This document shows positions 44,229-53,851 of a stretch of 64,000 nucleotides of DNA, in pieces. The stretch spans positions 151 to 64,150 of the forward strand of contig CAYTSI010000005.1 of assembly GCA_964440465.1 (NCBI GenBank), in the 5' to 3' direction. The position numbers and the translations under genes are program-made. Within the stretch, counting starts at the first letter, position 1. Every line of letters begins with the position of its first letter. The stretch comes from an uncultured Spirochaetales bacterium. GTDB lineage: Bacteria > Spirochaetota > Spirochaetia > SPDA01 > CAZSGZ01. Below the pieces are notes generated by a model. The model did no database searches. It saw nothing but the letters and a program-made list of their open reading frames with translations, and was not told the DNA's origin.

Positions 44229-46351
44229 TTCTTCTCTCCCTTCTGTGTTTTAACCAGTTTCTGCTTTTCTGTTTGCAGTTCATCGAGCCGCCGCTGGATT
44301 TTCTCCCGTTCTTCATCGGCGCATTTCGGGCAGGCGAAATGTTCACCGTTTAAATATCCGTGTATCGGGCAGATAGAGAACGTCGGCGAGATGGTAAAAT
44401 AGGGGAGCCTGTAATTCCAGGCAATGGCGCGCACGAGATTTCTGCATGCCTCCCAGTTGTCCACGGCTTCACCCAGAAATCCATGGAATACAGTCCCCCC
44501 TGTATATTTAATTTGAAGCTCGTCCTGATGGTCGAGGGCCTCAAAAATGTCCGAAGTAAAATCGACGGGCATCTGCGTCGAATTGGTGTAGAAGGGCTCC
44601 TGAACGCCGCTGGTAATAATGTCCGGATACCGCTCTCTGTCGTGTTTTGCCAGCCTGTAGGAGGTGCTCTCCGCGGGTGTTGCCTCAAGATTGAACAGGT
44701 CTCCCGTGTCTTCCTGCAGGTCCGCAAGGTGCCGCCGCATGTAGTCGAGAATTTCCAGAGCAAATTCGCGGCCTGTTTCGGTGGTCATGTCCTCTCCTGA
44801 AAAATTAAGAGTGCATTCGTTCATCCCCACGATGCCGATAGTCGAAAAGTGGTTGTCCAGGTGTTTCAGGTACCGTTTGGTATATGGAAACAGTCCGGCT
44901 TCCATCAGCCTGTTGATTACCTTCCGTTTAATAGTGAGGGACTCCGCGGCGGTGTCCATCAGTTCGGTAAGCCGGTGGAAGAAATCCACTTTCGTGTTCG
45001 AAAGATATCCGATTCTCGGAAGGTTGATGGTTACCACCCCGATAGACCCGGTAAACTCGTCGGAACCGAAGAGGCCGCCCCCCCGTTTCCGGAGTTCCCG
45101 CTTGTCCAGCTGCAGCCGGCAGCACATGGAGCGGACATCCCCGGGATTCAGGTCGCTGTTGACGAAATTCTGAAAGTAGGGTGTTCCGTACTTCGAGGTC
45201 ATTTCAAACAGCAGTTTCGCGTTTTCCGAATCCCAGTTGAAATCGTCGGTAATGTTGTAGGTGGGTATAGGATATTGAAACCCCCGGCCGTTGGCGTCAC
45301 CGTCAATCATAAGATGAATGAAAGCCTTGTTGATGAGGTCCATCTCCCGCTGACAGTCGCCGTAGGTAAAGTCAAGATCTTCACCCCCCACAATTGCCGG
45401 CCGTTCCTGCAGGTCGGAAGGAACATTCCAGTCCAGGGTAATGTTGGTGAACGGCGCCTGACTTCCCCAGCGGGACGGTGTATTAACACCGAAAATAAAA
45501 CTCTGGATTGCCTGTTTTACCTGTTCGAAGCTTAAATCATCAATTTTTACAAAGGGGGCCAAGTAGGTGTCGAAACTCGAAAGCGCCTGCGCGCCGGCCC
45601 ATTCGTTCTGCATAATCCCTAAAAAATTGACAATCTGCTGAATTAAGGTGTTTAAGTGCTTTGCCGGTTTCGACGTAATTTTATCGGGAACGCCGCCTAA
45701 GCCTTCCATAATCAGCTGACGCAGGGACCAGCCGGCGCAGTAGCCGGAAAACATTGACAGATCGTGGATATGAAAATCGGCATTCTGATGGGCCATGGAA
45801 ACGTCCTCGGGATAGATGTTTTTAAGCCAGTAATTTGCCGTGATGGTACCCGAATTGTGAAGGACCAGCCCGCCTAATGAAAAATTAACGTTGGCGTTTT
45901 CGTTTACCCGCCAGTCGGACTGGCTTAAGTATCCGTCCATGGTTGAGCTGATGTCCAGTGTCAGCTTTCTGGTGTCCCTTATTATCTCATGTTTGGCCCG
46001 GTAGATAATATAGGCTTTTGCAATATCGAACTGCTTCCTTTCCATCAGGACCGTTTCCACTAAGTCCTGTATCTCCTCTATTGCCGGTACCGAGTTCGGA
46101 TGCCGTGCGGACATTACCTTCCGCATCCGTTCCTCCACCTGACTTGTAAGCTCCTCTACAAAGTCGAGGTCTTCCTCTCCCCGGACTGCCCGGACCGCTT
46201 TCCCGACGGCCCCGGCAATTTTCCATCGGTCATACTTTTCCAATTTCCCGTTTCTTTTAATAACCTGCCGTATCACTGCCCCTGCAGCCGGCTTCTCGGA
46301 ACTCTCTATGCCGAGAAACTCCTCCCAATAGCTGCGTCCTGTATGCTCCAA
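44225..46351 (-). CDS. nrdD: Anaerobic ribonucleoside-triphosphate reductase, large (core) polypeptide lacking the glycyl-radical tail
   Basis: An ATP-cone (VIKRNGKLEKYDRWKI) precedes the class III core (SMCCRLQLD, GSIGVVTINLPR). The Zn-ribbon ICPIHGYLNGEHFACPKC lies near the C-terminus, and the protein then ends in a charged helix. Confidence 0.9.
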   Translation of the reverse strand: MEHTGRSYWEEFLGIESSEKPAAGAVIRQVIKRNGKLEKYDRWKIAGAVGKAVRAVRGEEDLDFVEELTSQVEERMRKVMSARHPNSVPAIEEIQDLVETVLMERKQFDIAKAYIIYRAKHEIIRDTRKLTLDISSTMDGYLSQSDWRVNENANVNFSLGGLVLHNSGTITANYWLKNIYPEDVSMAHQNADFHIHDLSMFSGYCAGWSLRQLIMEGLGGVPDKITSKPAKHLNTLIQQIVNFLGIMQNEWAGAQALSSFDTYLAPFVKIDDLSFEQVKQAIQSFIFGVNTPSRWGSQAPFTNITLDWNVPSDLQERPAIVGGEDLDFTYGDCQREMDLINKAFIHLMIDGDANGRGFQYPIPTYNITDDFNWDSENAKLLFEMTSKYGTPYFQNFVNSDLNPGDVRSMCCRLQLDKRELRKRGGGLFGSDEFTGSIGVVTINLPRIGYLSNTKVDFFHRLTELMDTAAESLTIKRKVINRLMEAGLFPYTKRYLKHLDNHFSTIGIVGMNECTLNFSGEDMTTETGREFALEILDYMRRHLADLQEDTGDLFNLEATPAESTSYRLAKHDRERYPDIITSGVQEPFYTNSTQMPVDFTSDIFEALDHQDELQIKYTGGTVFHGFLGEAVDNWEACRNLVRAIAWNYRLPYFTISPTFSICPIHGYLNGEHFACPKCADEEREKIQRRLDELQTEKQKLVKTQKGEKK

Positions 46352-46367
46352 TTGGTCCCCCTTCCCC

Positions 46368-46832
46368 TCATGACGATTTATTTGACAACTTTCCTATTTC
46401 ATCGATAAATTGATCAACATTTTCAAACATCCGGTATACCGAGGCAAACCGGACATACCCCACCATATCAACGTCGAATAATTTTGAAAGCACCATTTCC
46501 CCTAATTTCCGCGAGGTAATCTCATGGGTGCTTTTTGCCTGCATGGCCGCTTCATCTTCCAATTCGTGAAGCATTTCTTCTACTTTCAGCTGGGGGACCG
46601 GCCGTTTTTCCAGGGAAATTTGAATACCCCGTTCGAGTTTGGTCAAATCGAACTGCTGCCGCCGGCCGTCACGCTTTACAACCATCAGCTTTTTTTCTTC
46701 AATGTGTTCGTAGGATGTGAATCGATACCCGCAGTGCAGACATTCCCTCCGCCGGCGTATGGACGTGCCGCTGGCGTTCTGTCTGGACTCGAGGACCCTG
46801 TCTTCGTGACTTTCACAAAGCGGGCATTTCAC
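46368..46832 (-). CDS. nrdR: Transcriptional repressor NrdR
   Basis: The product reads (V)KCPLCESHEDRVLESRQ...RRRRECLHCGYRFTSYE, a Zn-ribbon, followed by an ATP-cone. The start was trimmed to GTG 46832, after GGGGGAAGG. The track's longer N-terminus runs through the promoter region. Confidence 0.85.
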   Translation of the reverse strand: MKCPLCESHEDRVLESRQNASGTSIRRRRECLHCGYRFTSYEHIEEKKLMVVKRDGRRQQFDLTKLERGIQISLEKRPVPQLKVEEMLHELEDEAAMQAKSTHEITSRKLGEMVLSKLFDVDMVGYVRFASVYRMFENVDQFIDEIGKLSNKSS

Positions 46833-46864
46833 AACCTTCCCCCAATTAACGCGGCCGCCCAAAA

Positions 46865-46880
46865 CCTCTATATATAGTGG
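46865..46880. promoter_or_regulatory. Candidate NrdR box 1 (CCTCTATATATAGTGG)
   Basis: This is an AT-centred 16-bp imperfect palindrome upstream of nrdR. It resembles the reported NrdR-box consensus (acaCwAtATaTwGtgt). Confidence 0.45.
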
Positions 46881-46907
46881 AATTAGCCGCAACAATATCA
46901 CTATATC

Positions 46908-46923
46908 ACACCATATATTGTGT
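46908..46923. promoter_or_regulatory. Candidate NrdR box 2 (ACACCATATATTGTGT)
   Basis: This near-perfect 16-bp palindrome matches the NrdR-box consensus well. Its centre is 43 bp from box 1. Confidence 0.55.
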
Positions 46924-47039
46924 TGCAACACAATTCTAATATTTTTATCGACATTTCTTGCCAAACCCTAAACGGATGTGTGTAAAATTTTCGGTAACGG
47001 GTATATACTGATACCAATGACCACTGTAAGGAGATATGA

Positions 47040-50000
47040 ATGAAACGGACCGTAATGCTGATTGCCCTTTTACTAGGCAGCATACTGCTTGTTTTTACCG
47101 GCTGCACCAGGGAGGAAGCCCCCGGGGCGAAACCTGCTACGGAGGAAAACACGGAGGAGATGAGTGAAAGCCAAAAAATCCAGCGGCAGCTGTATCAAGA
47201 CGCGGCAATTAACGAGGACCTAGCCTCCTATGACATTACCTACTACGAGCCGGACTCGATACAAACGGTAGCGGCGCCGGTGAAGGAATCGGACGAACCG
47301 TTTCAAATTGTCGATTACGGTCCCGTCGAGGAGCTTCCCCCGGAGGTCGTTTATCCGTCGATGTATGTCGTTTTCTCCCAGCCGGTGGTGCCTCTGCGGC
47401 AGCTGGGAGAACCTATGCGTTCGTCTGACATTATGTCAATTGACCCGCCCATACAAGGTACCTTCCGATGGTACGGGACCAGGCTTTTGAGTTTTGACGC
47501 CGATGAAAAGGCCCTTCCCCAGCGGCGTTACACCGTTTCAATTTCGGATACCGCGCGGTCATTAGGCGGCAAAGAGCTGACGGGAGAGAAATCCTTCAGT
47601 TTTCATACCGAATATCTTTCGATTCGGGACTTTTTTACCGGTACAGCGGAGGGGGACTACAGCTTAGATGATGTGCCCCCAGACGAAGCAAAAACAATCC
47701 ACATCGTATTTTCCCACAAGGTCAACCTCAATGTTATCAAAAATTATCTGTCCGTCGAAGCGGGAGGCCGCGGCTATAATTTTACCATTGCCCGTCCCGA
47801 CGACCCGGAAAATCGGCTGTCCGAAGAAATCAAGGAACGGACGGCAGTCCTGCATGTGGAAGGTCTGTTCCCTGAAGATACCGATGTTACCGTAACAGTA
47901 CGGAAAGGGGCGCGGAGTGAAGCCGATTTTATCGGTACGCCGGTGAACATAACACGGAGTTTTCATACCCTCAGGCCCTTCCGGTTTGTGGATTACGATA
48001 CCTGTTCCTGGTCCTTTCCCCGGAGCAGGCAGGGCGAAGCAAATCCGGTATATCTAAAGTTCAGTCATTCCGTAAAAGCCGAGGACCTCACGGGTAAGGT
48101 CCGCACCAATCCGGCAATGGAAATAACGGAAGAGAATGTCGAGGTTTACCGGGACCGGGTCCGGATCAACAATCTGCCCGTTGCCCCCGAGTCGGTATAC
48201 ACTCTGTTTCTGGACGCCGGTATTACCGACGTGTACGGGAGAAAACTACAAAGGAGCGAACAGGTCCGAGTCGAGGTCCCTCCGGCGGAACGCTACGCCT
48301 ATTTTCCGAATACCGGGCCCCGGATGCTGGAGGCCGCGTTCCCGAAGCGGATTATGTGGGAGCACCAGAATGTTTTCGAAGGCCTGTGGAAGGCGGATAC
48401 CGTTTCCGACCCCTACGGGACGTTCAGTCATGAGGAGCTCAGGCCCTACAATTTCGGAGAAATCGAGAGGAATAAACGGTATTTTGAGGTCTACAATTTC
48501 AAGGACTATTTGAACAGTGAAGGATACGGCTGGGTCGGCTTCTCCTGGAACTTCGGGAAGAGGAACAACGACGGCACCATGCCGACATGGACGAAACGGG
48601 ACCTTCGGCTGCAGGTTACCGATTTGGGCCTTACGGTCCGCCACGGTTACAATAAAATTATTACCCTTGTTACTTCCCTCGCGACAGGCGAGGCGGTAGA
48701 GGGTGCCGAGGTAAGCATTACGCGGAAACAGGCCGTTAAAAAGAGCACCGAAACGGATGCCGACGGCTTAGCGGTATTCGAGCTGGAAGAAGGGGAATAC
48801 TTTGAATATTTCGGGGTCCCCGGACGGACCTATGAAAATGAACTGCGGATACGGGTCAAGTACGGAAACGACAAAATAGAATTTAAACCGAATTACAGTC
48901 ACGATACGTGGCGTTCCAATATATACAACACCGCGGCGCCGACACAGATCGGGACCCCGAATATGGTCACCTATCTGTTTACCGACCGCAAACTGTACAA
49001 GCCGGGGGAAACGGTCACCTTCAGAGGTATCGACCGGAACCAGCAGTACGGTAAATACACGCCTTTTTCCGGCGGGTACGATATCGCCGTTCGTGAGTCC
49101 CGGTACCGCGGAAGAGAAATAACCCGTTTCCGCGGTGAAACAACCGGTTCCGGCGGGTTGTACGGGAGTTTTACCCTGCCGGAGGACGCGGAACCGGGGT
49201 GGTATGAAATTGCTTACAGCCGGGACGAAAAAACGGTCCGGGAGCTGTTCCAGGTGGCCCACTTCCGGCGGCTTCTCTTTTCCGTCGATATGTCGAGTCC
49301 CGACATTACCCATTATCAGGGGGACACGGTGAGTTTTACCGTTGCCTCGGAATATCTTGCAGGCGGGGCTCTCAGCCGGGGAAATTACGAGGTCTATTGG
49401 TCGAAACGTCCGGTTACCTACACGCCGCCGGGAGATGACTGGAAGGATTACCGGTTCGGACCGGAAGGGTACGACAGCAGACACAGCCTGGAAACTGCCG
49501 AAGGCAGCCTGCCGCCGACGGGTACTATCAATGTGAAGCAGAAAACATCACCCGAGGGCATCGAGGGGAGGGCCTATGTTTATGAAGCAGAAGCGCGAAT
49601 CAGCGACGTCAGCAATCAGCTTGTAGCAAAGCGGGAGGGTGTAACGGTCCATCCCGCCGCTTTTTACATCGGCGCCCGGGTGAAGGACGCTGCCGGCTCC
49701 TGGTATACCTTTGTGGAAAAGGGAAAGGAGATGGAGTGTGAGGTCCGGCTGGTTACACCGGAAGGCGGCCTTGTAAAAGACGGAGAAAAAATCAGCCTTA
49801 CAGGTGAATTGTATAAAATCGAGTGGAAACTGGCCCAGCAGCAGGGGGTGTATGATACCATCAACTCCCGCTGGGAGCGGGTGGAGACGAAAATCGCCGA
49901 CGAGGAAATAACCCTAAGCAGCGGAAAGGGGACGGCGCGGTTTACCCCCGGGGAGAGCGGTTCGTATTATATCAAATTTACCGCCGAGGACGCCATGGAG

Positions 50001-52820
50001 CGGAAAGCGGTAACGGAACTGAGCTTGTACGCCACCGGCGGCGGGTGGGTCCGCTGGGGGTCCGGAGACGCGGACATGCTGGAGCTGAAACCGGACAAGC
50101 AGCTGTATAAGCCGGGAGATACGGCGAAAATCCTGCTGCAGTCTCCCATTCCCGAAGGGGACTACCTGATAACCGTCGAGCGGGAGGGAATTTTCAATGA
50201 GAGAAAAATCAGCGTGGAAGGATCGGCGAAGCTGATCGAGGTCCCGATTACGGAGGACTATCTGCCGGTTGTGTATGTCAGCGTTTCCTCCTATACGGTG
50301 AGGACCGGCAAACCGGAGCATACCTACTTCGAACCCGATTTAGACAAGCCGAAGGGACTCTACGGCGTTACGCCGCTGCGGGTTGAAACGGCGGCGAAAT
50401 TGATCGATATCAGTATCGAACCGGCGGCACCTGCCTATTTGCCGGGGGCTGAGGCGGAAGTGGTCCTTACCGCGACACAAAACGGCAGGCCCGTGGAAAA
50501 CGCGGAGCTTACCTTTTTGGCAGTCGACCGCGGGGTTTTAGACCTCATCAACTACCATATTACGGACCCGCTTGCATTTTTCTACAGTGAAGGACGGTTT
50601 CCCCTGGCCGTGGAGGGGGCGGATTCCCGGTCCCTCTTAATCGACCCGGTTACCTACGACGTGCCCGACCTGGCAGGGGGCGACGGGAAAGACGGAGAAG
50701 ACGAGGGAGGCGCCGGTATGGGGATGAAAAGGCGGGAGGATTTTAACCCTACCGCGGTTTTCGAGCCGTTTCTCAGTACCGATGAAGAGGGCAGAGTAAC
50801 GGTGCGCTTTACCCTTCCCGATACCCTTACAACGTACCGCTTAACCGCCGTTGCGGTACGGGACAACAGCTTCGGTATTCAGGAAAAAGAGCTGAAGGTC
50901 CAGAATCCCATCAACGTAAAAACCGCCTTTCCGCGGCGTCTCCGCTACCGGGACACCGCCGTCGGCAGCGTGCTGCTTACCAATTTAGACGGCAAAGAGC
51001 ACGAAGTTACCCTGAATATCGAATCGGACATTCTCGGTATCGGAGGAAAAAACTCCAAGACCGTTGCCATACCCGCGGCGTCCACCTTGGAAGTGCCGTT
51101 TCAGCTCTTAGCTGTTTCGCCGGGTACGGCGGAAATTACGGTCACCACGAAGTCCGAAGTCCTGGAAGAACAGCTTGTGGAAACACTAATTGTTGAAAAG
51201 CCCTACATTTTCGAAACATTTGCCACTATCGGGCAGGCGGAGGACTCCGCGGGAGAGGGGATTGTACTTCCTTCCTATGTCGACGACGATGAGGGGAGCC
51301 TTACCATTAACCTTTCCGGTTCCCGGGCCGCCTCGTTAGGAGAGGCAATCGACTATGTAATCGGATATCCGTACGGCTGCATGGAGCAGCGGGCGAGCAA
51401 ACTCTTGCCGCTGGTGCTTTTAGAGGATTATGTCGACGATTTCGCTTTGGAAAATCCCGTCGGGGACATCAGGGGAACGGTGCAGGCCGACCTCGACTTG
51501 TGGGGAGCGTATCAGCGTTCCGACGGGGGGTTCCCCTTCTGGCCGGTCCGGGAAGGTGTATATTCATCCTACTATGCCACTGTCCGTGCCGGACACCTCC
51601 TGGCCCTCGCACGGGACCGGGGCTACACGATTCCGGACGGCCTCAGTGTTCCCGGGCTGCTCGACTATCTGGCCAATCCCCCCTCCTCCGCGCGGGGGAA
51701 CAATTACCTCATGCTCTACGGGCTCTATGTCCGCTCCCTCCTCGGTGCCGGAGTTTCCGGGGAGGCGGCCCGCTATTTTGCCAGGGGTGATGAAATTGGT
51801 ATTTCAGGATACGGATTTTTAGGGCTTATTTACCTGGACCAAAACCAGGACAATCAGGCGGAGCAGTGCCTGAACAGAATTAAGCAGTTTGTCCGGCCCG
51901 GTACCCGGTCCGTTGATCTAACGGAAACATACGAAAGCTCCTCGTTTTATAATTCCCAGGTTGAGCAGCTGGCGCTGTTTCTCATGCTTTACAGCCGGAT
52001 CGACCCCGAAAGCGATATGGTAACCAGGATTACCAACACCCTCATGGACAGACAGAAGGGGGGAATCTGGAAAAATACCGCCGATACAAACTGGGCCATT
52101 CAGGCCTTTACCTCATTACTGCAAGCCGAAGGCGGGGGAGGGCCCGATTTTGCCGCGGAGGTGACAATCGACGGTGAGACAATCGCGGAAGCTGAAATCG
52201 ATTCGATCGCGGAAATTTTCAACCGGAAGCTGCCCCTGTCGGGAAGCGTGCTTACGGGATTCGACCGGGACACCATGTATCCCCTTACATTTACAAAAGA
52301 GGGGGCGGGCCGCCTCTACTATACCGCGAGTCTGCGTTACGCAATTCCTTCGGAAATAAGCTACCCCCGGGACGAGGGGATAGGGATTGTCTATGAAATC
52401 AGCACCGTAGACGGGCAGAAGGTGGAGGGTGCTGCCCTTACCGTCGGTAAAACGTACCGTCTGAAAGCGGTAGTTTCCAGCCACCGCGGCCGGAGCTACG
52501 TAGCTGTCCGTCTGCCCGTGCCGTCGGGGGCGGAAATCCTCGATGCCGCTTTCGTTACCACACCGAAGTACGACGAATTTCAGGACCCGGACGTCGACTG
52601 GTCCCGGTATGTTCCATTCGGGTCGAAAATATTCGACAACGAAGTGCGCTATTTCTGGGACGAGTTCCCCCGGGGGCGGCAGGAGGTGAGTTTTCTCTTC
52701 CGGACGACCAGCGGCGGTGTTTTTCCCACGCCTCCGGCAACGGCGGAATGTATGTACGAACCGGAAATTTTCGGCCGGACCGGGGGGAGGATCTTTATTA
52801 TCAAACGGGATGAGGAGTAG
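47040..52820 (+). CDS. Alpha-2-macroglobulin family lipoprotein (thioester-containing)
   Basis: The 1926-aa product has a lipobox (LLVFTGC). A thioester motif, GCMEQ, is encoded at 51378-51389. The length and repeated beta-rich MG-like architecture are typical of bacterial A2M. Confidence 0.9.
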   Translation: MKRTVMLIALLLGSILLVFTGCTREEAPGAKPATEENTEEMSESQKIQRQLYQDAAINEDLASYDITYYEPDSIQTVAAPVKESDEPFQIVDYGPVEELPPEVVYPSMYVVFSQPVVPLRQLGEPMRSSDIMSIDPPIQGTFRWYGTRLLSFDADEKALPQRRYTVSISDTARSLGGKELTGEKSFSFHTEYLSIRDFFTGTAEGDYSLDDVPPDEAKTIHIVFSHKVNLNVIKNYLSVEAGGRGYNFTIARPDDPENRLSEEIKERTAVLHVEGLFPEDTDVTVTVRKGARSEADFIGTPVNITRSFHTLRPFRFVDYDTCSWSFPRSRQGEANPVYLKFSHSVKAEDLTGKVRTNPAMEITEENVEVYRDRVRINNLPVAPESVYTLFLDAGITDVYGRKLQRSEQVRVEVPPAERYAYFPNTGPRMLEAAFPKRIMWEHQNVFEGLWKADTVSDPYGTFSHEELRPYNFGEIERNKRYFEVYNFKDYLNSEGYGWVGFSWNFGKRNNDGTMPTWTKRDLRLQVTDLGLTVRHGYNKIITLVTSLATGEAVEGAEVSITRKQAVKKSTETDADGLAVFELEEGEYFEYFGVPGRTYENELRIRVKYGNDKIEFKPNYSHDTWRSNIYNTAAPTQIGTPNMVTYLFTDRKLYKPGETVTFRGIDRNQQYGKYTPFSGGYDIAVRESRYRGREITRFRGETTGSGGLYGSFTLPEDAEPGWYEIAYSRDEKTVRELFQVAHFRRLLFSVDMSSPDITHYQGDTVSFTVASEYLAGGALSRGNYEVYWSKRPVTYTPPGDDWKDYRFGPEGYDSRHSLETAEGSLPPTGTINVKQKTSPEGIEGRAYVYEAEARISDVSNQLVAKREGVTVHPAAFYIGARVKDAAGSWYTFVEKGKEMECEVRLVTPEGGLVKDGEKISLTGELYKIEWKLAQQQGVYDTINSRWERVETKIADEEITLSSGKGTARFTPGESGSYYIKFTAEDAMERKAVTELSLYATGGGWVRWGSGDADMLELKPDKQLYKPGDTAKILLQSPIPEGDYLITVEREGIFNERKISVEGSAKLIEVPITEDYLPVVYVSVSSYTVRTGKPEHTYFEPDLDKPKGLYGVTPLRVETAAKLIDISIEPAAPAYLPGAEAEVVLTATQNGRPVENAELTFLAVDRGVLDLINYHITDPLAFFYSEGRFPLAVEGADSRSLLIDPVTYDVPDLAGGDGKDGEDEGGAGMGMKRREDFNPTAVFEPFLSTDEEGRVTVRFTLPDTLTTYRLTAVAVRDNSFGIQEKELKVQNPINVKTAFPRRLRYRDTAVGSVLLTNLDGKEHEVTLNIESDILGIGGKNSKTVAIPAASTLEVPFQLLAVSPGTAEITVTTKSEVLEEQLVETLIVEKPYIFETFATIGQAEDSAGEGIVLPSYVDDDEGSLTINLSGSRAASLGEAIDYVIGYPYGCMEQRASKLLPLVLLEDYVDDFALENPVGDIRGTVQADLDLWGAYQRSDGGFPFWPVREGVYSSYYATVRAGHLLALARDRGYTIPDGLSVPGLLDYLANPPSSARGNNYLMLYGLYVRSLLGAGVSGEAARYFARGDEIGISGYGFLGLIYLDQNQDNQAEQCLNRIKQFVRPGTRSVDLTETYESSSFYNSQVEQLALFLMLYSRIDPESDMVTRITNTLMDRQKGGIWKNTADTNWAIQAFTSLLQAEGGGGPDFAAEVTIDGETIAEAEIDSIAEIFNRKLPLSGSVLTGFDRDTMYPLTFTKEGAGRLYYTASLRYAIPSEISYPRDEGIGIVYEISTVDGQKVEGAALTVGKTYRLKAVVSSHRGRSYVAVRLPVPSGAEILDAAFVTTPKYDEFQDPDVDWSRYVPFGSKIFDNEVRYFWDEFPRGRQEVSFLFRTTSGGVFPTPPATAECMYEPEIFGRTGGRIFIIKRDEE

Positions 52821-52833
52821 AAACAGCCGGTGA

Positions 52834-52861
52834 TTAACCCGCTCGGAAATGAGCGGGTTAA
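52834..52861 (+). terminator. Hairpin terminator candidate after the A2M gene
   Basis: The stem TTAACCCGCTC / GAGCGGGTTAA has a 6-nt loop and begins 14 nt after the stop codon. There is no strong T-run. Confidence 0.45.
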
Positions 52862-53154
52862 TTAAGTGACAAGGCCCCTCGCCCGCGGAGGGTTCCCGGC
52901 CCCGTCCTGCTACGTCTTCTGGCTGACGGTATGAAAAGTATGCGGATAGTCCTTCCCGCTCACGTGGCAGTGGACCAACCGCGTAGAAACCCTCCACCGA
53001 ACACAGCAGCGCGTCTGCAGCGGAATTACACCGCAATTCCGTATAGCAGGACGGTTAGAAATCACCAACTGTCGGCAGTATACTATTCATCCGCCGGGAA
53101 TGCAAGCAAAAATCCGGCTTGATCTTCCGGTATCCGGGGTTTATATTTGTATTA

Positions 53155-53696
53155 ATGAAAAAGACAATAATTCTCCTGCTGGTCCTGATGTGCGCGGTCC
53201 CGGTTTTCGGACTGGAGAGTATTTCCGTATATGGACGCCTGGTCGATTACGCCTGGGCGCATTCCTCGGATGAATTGGCCCTGCTGCTTTTTCGGGGGAA
53301 GGGCATCCCGATGTATATTTTTACAACGGACCTGAGCTGCTTCTGCGGACCGATGTATATCCCGGCATCATTACACTTGTAGGCTGGGATGAAGGGTACG
53401 CGTACTGCATGTCCGATGTACTCCTCGATGCGGGGATGACACAGGGTGAACGGGAGGAGTCGTACCGGAGGAGCGGAGAGGCCGAAGATGGCATTTCCTT
53501 TCGGGATTCGAAGTATTTTGTTGATGAACGGCTCAGGCTGTACCGGATCGATCCGGAAACAGGGACGGCGGTAGAATCCGAGAAATATTACAAGGAGCTG
53601 ATTAGCACTTCCTCCAGCGGTACCTACACTGTTGACTTTTCACAAATTACGCTTCCGGAGTCGGGATTCTCTCAGATTACCGTCAGCATTTTTTAA
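53155..53696 (+). pseudogene. Secreted hypothetical protein split by a frameshift (or sequencing error) near a T5/G5 run
   Basis: ORF 53155..53382 encodes a signal peptide (MKKTIILLLVLMCAVPVFG). A second frame is open from 53274 and continues to 53696. The two frames overlap across CTTTTTCGGGGGAA (53287-53300). Confidence 0.4.
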
Positions 53697-53851
53697 GCGG
53701 GCCGTATGGACCATCCCGGGCACGCCCGTCACCACCTTAAAATTGTTGAAGACCTGCCGCTGTCGCAAATAGAAGGGCTGAAAAGCGGCGCGAAGGAGAT
53801 GCTCCACGATCGGCATTTGATTCCCCTTTAAAAAAGGCGTACATTGTTGGC

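Noticed and set aside
46833-46964. The N-terminal 44 aa of the track's NrdR ORF.
   Set aside because: NrdR proteins begin at the Zn-ribbon (M/V-K-C-P-x-C). A GTG at 46832 with RBS GGGGGAAGG fits this. The upstream extension runs through the AT-rich promoter and NrdR-box region.
52116-53036. A 306-aa minus-strand ORF overlapping the 3' end of the alpha-2-macroglobulin gene. Similar long antisense ORFs occur at 13296-14003, 38672-39340, 48768-49484, 57634-58482, 25662-26225 and 5045-5602.
   Set aside because: All lie antisense to strongly supported genes. Their products are Arg/Pro/Gly-rich and low in complexity, which is typical of shadow frames in GC-balanced coding DNA. None has a recognisable motif or RBS.
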